A stretch of DNA of 64,000 nt, taken from assembly GCA_046347635.1 (NCBI GenBank), contig JAXMFT010000003.1, positions 215,551 to 279,550 of the forward strand. Reading direction: 5' to 3'. The position numbers were made by a program, and so were the translations under genes. Of the stretch, positions 1 to 8,683 are shown piece after piece. The stretch's first letter is position 1. Each line of letters opens with the position of its first letter. This DNA comes from Burkholderiales bacterium (GTDB lineage: Bacteria; Pseudomonadota; Gammaproteobacteria; Burkholderiales; SG8-39). A model generated the notes under the pieces. That model saw only the letters and a list, made by a program, of their open reading frames with translations. It did not search any database and was not told the origin of the DNA.

Positions 1-210
1 GCGATCCACGATCGCGCCGGCGAGCGGCGCGCAGAGCGCGATGGCGAGCGCGGGCGCGGTGAGGACGAGCTTGGTCAGCAGCTCGACGCCCGCGACGGCG
101 CGATACGCGTCGGCCATGCGCGGCAGCGCCGGCGCGATCGTCGCCGCCGCCATCACCGTCAGGCACGCGACCAGCAGGAGGGTGGCCTTGCGGCCGGTGG
201 CGGAAGGCAA
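1..210 (-). CDS. MFS-type transporter, N-terminal fragment (gene runs off the left edge)
   Basis: My own reverse-strand translation from a TTG at 210 gives (M)PSATGRKATLLLVACLTVMAAATIAPALPRMADAYRAVAGVELLTKLVLTAPALAIALCAPLAGAIVDR. It has two hydrophobic helices and a loop ending in D-R, as in the MFS N-terminus. It is absent from the ORF track because it has no in-window stop. The start codon is uncertain. Confidence 0.4.
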   Translation of the reverse strand, partial: MPSATGRKATLLLVACLTVMAAATIAPALPRMADAYRAVAGVELLTKLVLTAPALAIALCAPLAGAIVDR

Positions 211-392
211 GGGAAATCGGACGGCAATGGGAGCGTCGAGGATACCCGGACGGGCGCCGCCCGCGGGCGGCCGCGATTCCGCCTCGGGTCGGGCCGCGGA
301 CGAGCGCCCCGGCCCTCGCGTGCGGCGCGAGCGGGACTCGACCGACGCCGGCGGCCGGCCGCTGATGCGCGGGCGAGCCTCGCGACGGCGCG

Positions 393-3062
393 CTAGGACG
401 AGTAGAACTGGAAGCGGTTCTTGCCCGCCTCCTTGACGCGGTACATCGCCGCGTCGGCGTGCTTGAGCAGCGCCTCGGGCGTGGTGCCGTCGCGCGGGTA
501 GATGCTGATGCCGATGGAGGCGCCGATCTCGAAGTGCCGCCCGCCCGCGGCCACCGGCTCGGTGAGCGCGGACAGGATCTTCTCGGCGACGAGGCTCGAG
601 TCCTCGGGCACGCGCTGGCCGGAGAGCAGCACCACGAACTCGTCGCCGCCGAGGCGCGCGACGGTGTCGGACTCGCGCACGCACTCGCGCAGGCGGCGCG
701 CGACGGTGCGCAGCGCGTAGTCGCCCATCAGGTGGCCGAACTGGTCGTTCACCGCCTTGAAGCCGTCCAGGTCGATCAGCATCACCGCGACCAGGGCGTC
801 GTTGCGCCGCGCGAGCGTGATCGACTGCTGCAGGCGGTCCTCGAGCAGCCGCCGGTTCAGCAGCCCGGTCAGCGCGTCGTGGTCGGCGAGGTGCTGGATG
901 CGCTGCTCGCGCTCCTTGCGCGCGGTGATGTCCAGCATCACCCAGATCGAGCCCTCGCCCACCGCGGCGGCGTCGATCGCGCGCCCGCGCAGTTCGCACC
1001 AGAACGTCGTCCCGTTCTTGCGCCGGACCATCAGCTCGGTCTCGAACACCCGGCCCTGCTCCATCGCGGCCGGCGCCTGGCGGCGCACGTAGTCCCACTC
1101 GGCCGGGTCGGCGTAGAAGGCCAGCGTCGGCTTGCCCGCCAGCTCCTCGGGCCGGTACCCGACCATCTCGGCGAACTTCGCGTTGCACTTCTGGATCGTG
1201 TCCGCGCGCACGACCGCGAGCCCTTCGGACACCGCGTCGAAGATCAACCGCTGCTCGGCGAGCGCTTCGGACAGCTCGTGCTCCTTCGCCTTGATCGCGG
1301 TGACGTCGGTAGCGGTGCCGGTGACGCCGACCACCGCCCCGCGCGCGTTGCGCACGGGAGTCGCGTTGAGACTGAGCACGACCTCGCCGCCCCTGCGCGT
1401 GCGGTGCAACGTCTCGAAATGGGACGCCGTCCCGTCGTTCATGACGCGCACGAGCATCGCCGTCGTGCGGTCGCGATCGCCCTCGGGCTGCGAGTCCACC
1501 AGGCGCTCGGCGAGCATGTCCTCCGGCTCGCAGCCGAAGATCTGCCGCGTCGCGCGCGGGCTGAGGTAGGTCCAGCGCCCCTCGCGGTCGACCGCCCACA
1601 CCAGGTCGTTCGCGGTCTCGACCAGGTGGCGGAAGTGGCTCTCGCTCTCGCGCAGGCGCTCCTCGACCGCCTTCCGGTCCGAGATGTCGATGATCGAGCC
1701 GGCGAACCGCACCGCGCTGCCGCGGGCGTCGCGCACCGCACGCCCGTGCCCGTGCACCCAGGTGTACGTCCCGTCCGCGCGGCGCAGGCGGTACTCGCAG
1801 TCGAACGTCTCGTCCCCCTCCACGCAGCGCGTCATCGCGCTCATCACCCGCTCGCGGTCCTCCGGGTGCAGCCGGTCGGAGAAGAAGAACAGGGTCTGGA
1901 AGTCGGCGTCCGCGCGATACCCGAGGATCTCCTTGAACCGCGGCGAGAAGTAGTTCGCGTTGTCGACGATGCTCCAGTCCCACAGCCCGCTCTGCGCCGC
2001 CTTGACCGCGAGGTCCAGGCGCTCCTCGCTCGCGCGCAGGGCCGCCTCGGCGCGCTTCGCCTCGGAGATGTCGGCGCACACCACCACCACGCCGGACTCC
2101 GGCCTGCCGGCGACGATCGACTGGCCGGAGACGTCGCACCACACCTGCGCGCCGTCGCGACGGAGCAGCGCCATCTCGCTCCGGTACAGGCGACCCTCCA
2201 CGAGCGCGCGGTGGCTCTCCTGGATCTTCGCGTCCCCCACCGCCTGCTCGGAGAAGAACATGCGCACCGACTGCCCGATCAGCGCGCCTCGGGGGTAACC
2301 CACGATGCGCTCCACTTCGCGGTTGCAGTCGACGATGCGGAGGTTGCGCAGGAACATGATCCCGACAGTGGCGGCGTCGAAGAGACCGCGCTGCTCGGCC
2401 AGCAGCCGCTCGTTGGCCAGGCCGCGCTCGATGCTCTGCAGCACCGACCGGTGGAGGTGCGTCGACACCCGCCACGCTGCCGCCAGGAACACGACGACGA
2501 GCAGCGCCATCGCGCGGCTGAGCTCCCCGCCGTGCGCGATGAAGCTCGCGCCCAGGGCGACCAGCATCGGCCCCGCGAACCACAGGAACGCGGAGCGGCT
2601 GGCCGCGAAAATCCCCATCGCGGCGATCGCCAGGCCGCCGATCAACAGGGCGACGAAGGCGTGCTGCGCGACCGACCCCCGGTCGACCAGGAGGACGAGG
2701 GCCGCCCAGGCGCAGCCCATTGCCGCGGCCCCGGCGACGAAGCGGCTCTCCCACAGCGACGCGCTCGCCACGGTGCGCGCGGCGGCGCGATACCAGCGCA
2801 CGAGGAGATACCGCAGGAGCACGACCGCCGCCGTGGCGGCGAACCAGGCGCTCAGGCCGGCCCGGTTCCCGACCTTCCAGAACACCCAGACGCAGATCGC
2901 CGCCACGATCAGCGCGAGCGGAAGCGTCGGCGTGACCTGGCGATAGAGGAGTGCGACCCGCTCGGCGGCGATCGCGTCCGGATCGGGTTGCGAGAAGGTC
3001 GCAGCGCCCGTGGTGGAATCGACGTCCATGTCCGGCCCTGGGGGAGCCGGAAGTATAGGCAA
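393..3062 (-). CDS. Membrane-anchored multi-PAS sensor diguanylate cyclase (GGDEF)
   Basis: 889-aa ORF. The N-terminal ~200 aa are strongly hydrophobic (several TM segments), followed by repeated PAS/PAC-like blocks. The C-terminus reads HDALTGLLNRR...RLGGDEFVVLL...FQFYSS, a GGDEF domain. An alternative start (MDVDST) lies at 3029. Confidence 0.85.
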   Translation of the reverse strand: MPILPAPPGPDMDVDSTTGAATFSQPDPDAIAAERVALLYRQVTPTLPLALIVAAICVWVFWKVGNRAGLSAWFAATAAVVLLRYLLVRWYRAAARTVASASLWESRFVAGAAAMGCAWAALVLLVDRGSVAQHAFVALLIGGLAIAAMGIFAASRSAFLWFAGPMLVALGASFIAHGGELSRAMALLVVVFLAAAWRVSTHLHRSVLQSIERGLANERLLAEQRGLFDAATVGIMFLRNLRIVDCNREVERIVGYPRGALIGQSVRMFFSEQAVGDAKIQESHRALVEGRLYRSEMALLRRDGAQVWCDVSGQSIVAGRPESGVVVVCADISEAKRAEAALRASEERLDLAVKAAQSGLWDWSIVDNANYFSPRFKEILGYRADADFQTLFFFSDRLHPEDRERVMSAMTRCVEGDETFDCEYRLRRADGTYTWVHGHGRAVRDARGSAVRFAGSIIDISDRKAVEERLRESESHFRHLVETANDLVWAVDREGRWTYLSPRATRQIFGCEPEDMLAERLVDSQPEGDRDRTTAMLVRVMNDGTASHFETLHRTRRGGEVVLSLNATPVRNARGAVVGVTGTATDVTAIKAKEHELSEALAEQRLIFDAVSEGLAVVRADTIQKCNAKFAEMVGYRPEELAGKPTLAFYADPAEWDYVRRQAPAAMEQGRVFETELMVRRKNGTTFWCELRGRAIDAAAVGEGSIWVMLDITARKEREQRIQHLADHDALTGLLNRRLLEDRLQQSITLARRNDALVAVMLIDLDGFKAVNDQFGHLMGDYALRTVARRLRECVRESDTVARLGGDEFVVLLSGQRVPEDSSLVAEKILSALTEPVAAGGRHFEIGASIGISIYPRDGTTPEALLKHADAAMYRVKEAGKNRFQFYSS

Positions 3063-3229
3063 CGGGCCGCGCGCTCACGCGGCACTAGTTCCTTGGCGCC
3101 GCGCCCGGGATCGCCGGACGCGGCGCGCGCGAGTGCCTCCTGTCGATCGCGTGCGCATGGCCGCGCGCGCCGGGTGAACGCAGGCGGCAGAGGATAGCAT
3201 CGGGGCTTTCCCGGTCCGCGCGTCCACAC

Positions 3230-4141
3230 TTGCCCGACGAGCCCGCCCCCTACCGCGGCCGCTTCGCGCCGTCGCCCACCGGACCGCTGCACTTCGGGTC
3301 GCTCGTGGCCGCGCTCGGCAGCTGGCTCGATGCGCGCGCGGCGGGCGGCGAGTGGCTCGTGCGCATCGAAGACCTCGACGCGCCGCGCGCGGCCCCCGGC
3401 GCGGCGTCGGACATCCTGCGCACGCTCGAGGCGCTCGGCCTGCAGTGGGACGGGCCGGTGCTGCGCCAGAGCGGACGGGCCGAGGCATACCGCGCCGCGC
3501 TCGACCTGCTGGCGCGCACGGGCGCGACGTATCCGTGCGCCTGCTCGCGCCGCGAGATCGGCGACGGCGCGCGTGCCGGCGTCGACGGCGGGCTCGTCTA
3601 TCCCGGGACCTGCCGCGCCGGCCTGCCGCCGGGGCGCGCCGCGCGCGCGCTGCGCGTCCGCGTGGGGAACGCCGTGATCCGGTTCGACGACGCGGTGCAG
3701 GGCGGCGTGCGCCACGTCCTGGCGGACGACGTCGGGGACTTCGTCCTGCAGCGGGCGGACGGGCTGTGCGCCTATCAGCTCGCGGTGGTCGTCGACGACG
3801 CGGCGCAGGGCGTCACCGACGTCGTGCGCGGCGCCGACCTGCTCGACTCGACGCCGCGGCAGATCTTCCTGCAGCGGCTGCTCGGCCTGCCCACGCCCCG
3901 GTACCTCCATCTTCCCGTCGCCACCGACGCGCGCGGCGTGAAGCTCTCGAAGCAGACCGGCGCCCCGCCGATCGACCGCGCGCGACCCGGCGCTGCGCTC
4001 GCCGGCGCGCTGCGGTTCCTCGGCCAGCGCGTCGACGCCGAGCTCGTCGACGACCGCCCGGCGGTGCTGCTCGCGTCCGCGCGCGCGCGCTGGGACCGCG
4101 CGTCGATTCCGCGCGCGCGGTCGGCGCTCGCGCCGGCCTGA
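3230..4141 (+). CDS. gluQ: Glutamyl-Q tRNA(Asp) synthetase
   Basis: 303 aa. [18 protein letters not shown] carries a class-I aaRS HIGH-type motif. The protein has only a truncated GluRS-like catalytic domain, with length and N-terminus typical of GluQ/YadB. The start is TTG according to the ORF track. Confidence 0.85.
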   Translation: MPDEPAPYRGRFAPSPTGPLHFGSLVAALGSWLDARAAGGEWLVRIEDLDAPRAAPGAASDILRTLEALGLQWDGPVLRQSGRAEAYRAALDLLARTGATYPCACSRREIGDGARAGVDGGLVYPGTCRAGLPPGRAARALRVRVGNAVIRFDDAVQGGVRHVLADDVGDFVLQRADGLCAYQLAVVVDDAAQGVTDVVRGADLLDSTPRQIFLQRLLGLPTPRYLHLPVATDARGVKLSKQTGAPPIDRARPGAALAGALRFLGQRVDAELVDDRPAVLLASARARWDRASIPRARSALAPA

Positions 4142-4148
4142 CGAAGCG

Positions 4149-4955
4149 CTACAGCGCGCGCTCCGCGAGGAAGGTCCCGATCGCGCGCCAGTACTCCTCC
4201 TGGGCGCCGAGGTCGTTGTGCCCGGCGCCGGGAATTCCCACCCAGCGCTTCGGCCCCGCCCACGCCGCGAAGAGGCGGCGCGAGTGCTCGGGCGGGACGA
4301 TCGCGTCCCGCTCCCCGACGAGCGCGAGCAGCGGGACGCCGATCGCGGGGGCGCGGGCGAGCGAGTCGAACGGATGCTTCAGCAGCCAGCGCACCGGCAG
4401 AAACGGGTAGTGCCGCGCGCCGATCGCGACCATGCTGTCGAAGGGCGCCACGAGCACGACGCCCGCGACGCGACGGCGCGACGCCAGGTGCACCGCCACG
4501 CCGCTGCCGAGGCTGCGCCCGACCAGGACGATGCGGGCGCGATCGACGTCCGGGCGCGCCGCCAGCGCGTCGAAGACGCGCTCCGCGTCGGCGCACAGCG
4601 CCTGCTCGGACGGCTTGCCGTCGCTCTGGCCGTAGCCGCGATAGTTCACCAGCGCCAGCGACCACGCCTCCGGCCACGGCTCCGCGGCCTGCCGGGAGAT
4701 TTCCTCGGCGTTGCCGCCGAAGTAGACGAGGAGCGGCGCGGGCGCGCGCGCGGCGCGAACGAGCCAGCCGCGCACGGTGACGCCGTCGCCCGCTTCGACG
4801 CTCAGCCCCTCCACCGCGCGCCCGGCGCGGGCGGGCGGCGGGCGCGCCGGGCCGGGCGGCGGCTGGAACAGCATGCCGTCCTGCGCCAAGTACAGCGCGC
4901 CCGGCACGCCGAGCGCCAGCGCCGCGACGAGGACGAGCCAGGCGATCACGTCCAC
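4149..4955 (-). CDS. Alpha/beta-fold hydrolase with N-terminal hydrophobic anchor
   Basis: 268 aa. MDVIAWLVLVAALALGV is a hydrophobic start. VLVGRSLGSGVA is a G-x-S-x-G nucleophile elbow, and GAGHND lies near the C-terminus. This is a family-level call only. Confidence 0.7.
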   Translation of the reverse strand: MDVIAWLVLVAALALGVPGALYLAQDGMLFQPPPGPARPPPARAGRAVEGLSVEAGDGVTVRGWLVRAARAPAPLLVYFGGNAEEISRQAAEPWPEAWSLALVNYRGYGQSDGKPSEQALCADAERVFDALAARPDVDRARIVLVGRSLGSGVAVHLASRRRVAGVVLVAPFDSMVAIGARHYPFLPVRWLLKHPFDSLARAPAIGVPLLALVGERDAIVPPEHSRRLFAAWAGPKRWVGIPGAGHNDLGAQEEYWRAIGTFLAERAL

Positions 4956-4965
4956 GCCGGCGCAA

Positions 4966-5913
4966 TCATCCCGGCCCGGCCGCGCGCTCCTCCCGCGCGG
5001 CGAGCGGCGGGGCTCGGCGCCGCCCCGGAACGAGGACCGTCACGAGGGAGCCGACCACCAGCACGAGCGCGGCGTAGTCGCTCCAGCGCGGCGTCTCGCC
5101 GAGCACGAGCGCGCCGCTGAACACGCCGACCACCGGGACCATGAGCGACGAGAGCCCCGACACGCCCGCGGGCGCGCTCTGCGCGATCTTGGTGAACGCC
5201 CAGTAGCAGAACCCGAAGGCGACGAACATGTTGTAGAGCACGCCGATCAGCGGCCCGGGCGGCAGCGCGCGCAGGTCGAAGCTCCCCTCCTCCACGAACA
5301 CTGCGTACGCGAGGATCGGCGCCCCGCCGATGACCATCTGCCAGGCGGCGTAGCTCGTGGTCGGCAGCGCGGTCGGCCACTTGCGGATGAGCACGATCGC
5401 GATCGCCCACCCGATCGCGGCGCCGATCATGAGCAGGGCGCCGGTGGGCGCGCGCTCCACCGCGCGGAACTCCGCCCCGAGGAGCAGCAGCATGCCGGCC
5501 ATGCCGAGCGCGACCCCGAGCGCGCGCCGGCGGGTGAAGGGCTCGCCGAGCACCCAGGTGCCGAGCAGGACGCTCCAGATCGGCATCGTGTAGCCGAGGA
5601 TCGACGCCCGCCCGGACGCCATCAGGGCGACGCCGTGGACCGAGAGGACGTTCCAGACGGTGATGTTCACGAACGAGACGATGGTGAGCCGGCGCAGCTC
5701 CGCGCGCGGCACGCGCCACGGGAGCCCGCGCCAGGCCGCCAGCGCGAACAGGATCGCCGCGCCGGCCGCGAGGCACCAGGTGCGGAAGTGCATCGGCGCC
5801 ATGCCGGCGAGCGAGAGCTTGATCATCGGCCAGTTGAAGCCCCACGCGAGCGTGAGCGCGACCAGCACGCCGATCAGGTGCGGCGGGAAGGTCTGGGAGG
5901 CGTCCGGCTTCAT
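4966..5913 (-). CDS. EamA/DMT-family permease
   Basis: C-terminal 315 codons of the 596-aa ORF, starting at ATG 5913 (MKPDASQTFPPHLIGVLVALTLAWGFNWPMIKL...). About 10 hydrophobic segments are present. The upstream ~280 codons of the ORF are Arg/Ala-rich and overlap the better-supported 5910..6947 gene, so I trimmed them. Confidence 0.8.
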   Translation of the reverse strand: MKPDASQTFPPHLIGVLVALTLAWGFNWPMIKLSLAGMAPMHFRTWCLAAGAAILFALAAWRGLPWRVPRAELRRLTIVSFVNITVWNVLSVHGVALMASGRASILGYTMPIWSVLLGTWVLGEPFTRRRALGVALGMAGMLLLLGAEFRAVERAPTGALLMIGAAIGWAIAIVLIRKWPTALPTTSYAAWQMVIGGAPILAYAVFVEEGSFDLRALPPGPLIGVLYNMFVAFGFCYWAFTKIAQSAPAGVSGLSSLMVPVVGVFSGALVLGETPRWSDYAALVLVVGSLVTVLVPGRRRAPPLAAREERAAGPG

Positions 5914-6947
5914 GGCGCGCCGAAGCGCGCGCGCAGGTCGGCTGCGACCTCCTCGGGCGCGAGCATCGCGAAGCGCTCGTCGAGCAGCAGCTGCATGTGC
6001 GATGCGTCGGAGACGTGCAGCTGCGGATTCAGGTGGAAGCGCGGCAGCAGCCGCGCGGTGAGCCAGTGCCGGCGCGGCGCGGCGCCGAACGCGTCGGGCA
6101 GCAGGCAGAGGTTGAAGCTCCAGAGCCCGCGCGCGGCGAACGCCGCGAGCACGCGCACGAGGCTCGCCGCGAAGTCGGCGATGTCCGCGTCGTCGAGGTC
6201 GAGCAGCGTGGCGCGGTCGCGCACCACCGCCAGCGCGTCGCCGAGGACGCCGGCGGGCGCGAACGGCGCGAGCCAGGCGACCCGGCCCCGCTCCCCGATC
6301 CAGCGCGGTCCAGCGCGCTCCGCCGCGATCAGGGCGTCCGCGTAAACGCGGCCGGTGCGGCGGCGAAACGCCTCCGCGGCGGCGTGCTGGCGCGCAAGGG
6401 CGTTCCCGGGCGTCGCGGTCGTGATCACCTGCATGTGCGGGTGCACCTGCGAGCCGCCCGAGGCGGGCATGAAGTTCCAGGTGGCGATCCCGTACGCCGC
6501 GCCCCCGTCGATCCGCCCGGCGGTGAGCCCGATGAACTCGCGCGCCACCGCGAGCCCGTCGGCGATCAGTCGCGCGGGCATCGCGTCCATCGCCTGCACG
6601 TGCTCCCGGCACAGCACCGCGATCGCGGAATAGTCGTCGTAGGGAAAGAGGTTGGGGACGAGCGTCGCCTCGCCGCGCCGCAGGCGGCCGCCGGGCACCA
6701 GCTCCTCCGGGAAGCGCGGCGTGAGCGCGTCGAGCCGCTCGGGGCAGAACGGGCAACCCGGCCGGCTGAGCGCCTCGATCGCCGCGAGATCCGGGGCCGG
6801 CGGCGCGCGCAGCGCGAAGTGGCAGATCCGCGCCGAGTCGCCGGTGAGCGGGTCGCGGCGCACCTCGCTCTCGATCTCGGCGAGCGCGAAGCCCGCGCGC
6901 GGATCGTGCAGCCGCGTGCGCTTGGTCTGGGCGAGGAACTCGATCAT
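5910..6947 (-). CDS. GalT-family (galactose-1-phosphate uridylyltransferase-like) nucleotidyltransferase/phosphorylase
   Basis: 345 aa. It has a GCPFCPE Cys pair near the N-terminus and SGGSQVHPHMQV (an H-x-H-x-Q nucleotidyl-histidine motif) as in the GalT family. Its stop overlaps the downstream permease start (ATGA at 5910-5913). Confidence 0.6.
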   Translation of the reverse strand: MIEFLAQTKRTRLHDPRAGFALAEIESEVRRDPLTGDSARICHFALRAPPAPDLAAIEALSRPGCPFCPERLDALTPRFPEELVPGGRLRRGEATLVPNLFPYDDYSAIAVLCREHVQAMDAMPARLIADGLAVAREFIGLTAGRIDGGAAYGIATWNFMPASGGSQVHPHMQVITTATPGNALARQHAAAEAFRRRTGRVYADALIAAERAGPRWIGERGRVAWLAPFAPAGVLGDALAVVRDRATLLDLDDADIADFAASLVRVLAAFAARGLWSFNLCLLPDAFGAAPRRHWLTARLLPRFHLNPQLHVSDASHMQLLLDERFAMLAPEEVAADLRARFGAP

Positions 6948-7000
6948 GGGGCGGGCGGGGGTCGGTCGCGCGGGGACGCAGCGCGGCCGATTCTAGCCCG

Positions 7001-7900
7001 CTACGAACGCACGACGAGCGCCACCCCCAGCATTGCGAGCGCGAATCCGGCCACGCCCGGCGCGCCGAGTCGCTCGTCGAACATCGCGTACGCGATCACT
7101 GCGGTCAGCGGCGGCACGAGGTAGAAGAGGCTCGCCACCTTGGTCGCGGCGCCGCGCCGGATGAGCAGCGTCAGCAGCGAGATCGCGCCGATCGACAGCA
7201 CCAGGACGAGCCAGGCGAGCGCGAAGACGAACTCGCCGGTCCAGCGCACCGGTTCGTGCTCGAAGAGGGCCGCGAACGGCGCCAGCACCGCGGCGGCGGC
7301 GACGAACTGGATCACCGCGCCGGCGCGCAGATCGAAGGCGCCGCAGAAGCGCTTCTGGTAGAGCGTGCCCGCGGTGATGGACGCGAGCGCGATCAGGATC
7401 GTGGTCGCGCCGAGCGCGGTCAGCCCGGCGAGCGTCGAGCGCTCCGCCGCGACCAGCGCGACGCCGCCGAACCCGAGCGCGAGGCCGAGCCACTGCCGGC
7501 CGGAGACGCGCTCGCGCAGCACGCCGGTGGCCAGCACCGCGGTCAGGATCGGCTGTAGCCCGACGATCAGCGCGGCGAGCCCCGCGGACATCCCGGCGTG
7601 GATGGCGGTGAAGACGCCCCCGAGGTAGCCGCCGTGCAGGAGCACGCCGGTCGCGGCGATGTGCGCGGTCTGCGCCGGCGTCGCGGGCCAGGGCGCGCGC
7701 AGCAGGAGCGCGATCGGAACCATCAGCGCGAGCACGAGTCCGAACCGAAGCAGCAGGAAAGTGATCGGCTGCGCGTACGGCAGCCCGTACTTGGCGCCGA
7801 TGAAGCCCGTGCTCCACAGGAAGACGAAGACGCCGGGCATCGACCGCACCCAGACCCCGTCCACGCCCGCTGGCGGGCCGGCGGAAACGCTCTCGTCCAT
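7001..7900 (-). CDS. EamA/DMT-family permease
   Basis: The ORF track gives 304 aa from a GTG at 7915. I prefer the ATG at 7900 (MDESVSAGPP...). FVFLWSTGFIGAKYGLPYAQPITFLLLRF and about 10 hydrophobic segments support the call. Confidence 0.75.
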   Translation of the reverse strand: MDESVSAGPPAGVDGVWVRSMPGVFVFLWSTGFIGAKYGLPYAQPITFLLLRFGLVLALMVPIALLLRAPWPATPAQTAHIAATGVLLHGGYLGGVFTAIHAGMSAGLAALIVGLQPILTAVLATGVLRERVSGRQWLGLALGFGGVALVAAERSTLAGLTALGATTILIALASITAGTLYQKRFCGAFDLRAGAVIQFVAAAAVLAPFAALFEHEPVRWTGEFVFALAWLVLVLSIGAISLLTLLIRRGAATKVASLFYLVPPLTAVIAYAMFDERLGAPGVAGFALAMLGVALVVRS

Positions 7901-7960
7901 CGCTCTTCTTGACACTAACTTACTGTTTTAATTGTATGTTCTCAGCGTTTCGCAAGCCGA

Positions 7961-7975
7961 TTGTGCAAAGCACAA
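7961..7975. promoter_or_regulatory. Perfect inverted repeat TTGTGC-AAA-GCACAA upstream of the phasin promoter (candidate PhaR-type operator)
   Basis: The palindrome is read directly from the sequence. The TTGTGC half-site recurs at 8016-8021, downstream of the candidate -10 box. TGC-rich operators are known for PhaR regulators of phasin genes, and the assignment rests on that analogy only. Confidence 0.4.
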
Positions 7976-7982
7976 AAATTTC

Positions 7983-8010
7983 TTGACTTGGCTGCGCCGA
8001 CCCGTACAAT
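7983..8010 (+). promoter_or_regulatory. Candidate sigma-70 promoter of the phasin gene
   Basis: TTGACT (7983-7988), a 16-nt spacer, then TACAAT (8005-8010), about 80 nt upstream of the phasin ATG. It sits in an unusually AT-rich intergenic region. Confidence 0.5.
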
Positions 8011-8088
8011 GCGGGTTGTGCGGTGCAGCAAGACCGCAACCGAACACAGGATTCAGTGACCGCTCAACTCTCGCCAACGGAGCCCCAA

Positions 8089-8619
8089 ATGTACGTGACC
8101 CCCGAACAGATCGTCGCCAACGGCAAGGCCGGCGTCGAAGTCATGCTCGCCCTCGCGAACAGCCAGTTCGCCGTGTACGAGAAGTTCGCCGCGCTGAACT
8201 TCAACGCCACCAAGACCGCGTTCGAAGACGGCATGAACCACACCCGCGCCCTGCTCAACGCCAAGGACGTCCAGGAAGTCGTCAACCTGAACGTCGCGGC
8301 CGCGCAGCCGAGCCTCGACCGCGCCATCGCCTACTCGCGCAGCGTGTACGAGCTCGCGACGCAGCAGCAGGCCGAAGCCACCCGTCTGCTCGAGTCGCAG
8401 GCGGGCGAGTACAACAAGACCGTCGTCGGCTTCCTCGACAAGTTCGCGAAGAACGCGCCGGCCGGCTCGGACGTCGCCGTCGCCGCGGTGAAGTCCGCGC
8501 TCGCGGCCGCCAACTCGGCGTACGACAGCTTCACCAAGGTCGCCAAGCAGGCCACCGAGATCGCCGAGGCCAACATGGCCGCCGCCGTGACCGCCGTCGG
8601 CAAGAAGAAGGCCGCCTGA
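8089..8619 (+). CDS. phaP: Phasin (PHA-granule-associated protein)
   Basis: The ORF track starts at 8023. I prefer ATG 8089, preceded by GGAG at 8078-8081. MYVTPEQIVANGKAGVEVMLALANSQFAVYEKFAALNFNATKTAFEDG... is Ala-rich and helical with a KKKAA tail, matching the proteobacterial phasin family. Confidence 0.8.
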   Translation: MYVTPEQIVANGKAGVEVMLALANSQFAVYEKFAALNFNATKTAFEDGMNHTRALLNAKDVQEVVNLNVAAAQPSLDRAIAYSRSVYELATQQQAEATRLLESQAGEYNKTVVGFLDKFAKNAPAGSDVAVAAVKSALAAANSAYDSFTKVAKQATEIAEANMAAAVTAVGKKKAA

Positions 8620-8650
8620 CCCGGCTTCCACCTCTCCTCTCTGCCTCGCA

Positions 8651-8678
8651 AGCCCCCGGCCCCCCGGGGGCTTTTTTT
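8651..8678 (+). terminator. Rho-independent terminator after the phasin gene
   Basis: AGCCCCCGG-cccc-CCGGGGGCT forms a stem-loop whose last base begins a run of seven T (8672-8678). It lies between convergent genes. Confidence 0.7.
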
Positions 8679-8683
8679 CGCCC

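Noticed and set aside
459-3197. 912-aa plus-strand ORF
   Set aside because: It is antisense to the PAS-GGDEF gene. The translation is dominated by R/A/G/H/D/V low-complexity runs (HRLEAVQVDQHHRDQG...), while the opposite frame has clear TM, PAS and GGDEF motifs. This is a typical high-GC shadow ORF.
5914-6756. N-terminal 280 codons of the 596-aa ORF 4966..6756
   Set aside because: They are Arg/Ala-rich, overlap the GalT-like gene in another frame, and lack any TM segments. The permease begins at the internal ATG at 5913. I applied similar trimming to ORFs 8684..11683, 13215..14684, 19941..22832, 23199..25538, 32930..34849 and 53091..55388.
7909-7937. Second possible promoter TTGACA-17 nt-TTGTAT upstream of the phasin gene
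   Set aside because: The -10 hexamer matches the consensus at only 3 of 6 positions. The TTGACT/TACAAT pair at 7983-8010 is much better. It could still serve the divergent permease gene or act as an UP-like AT tract.
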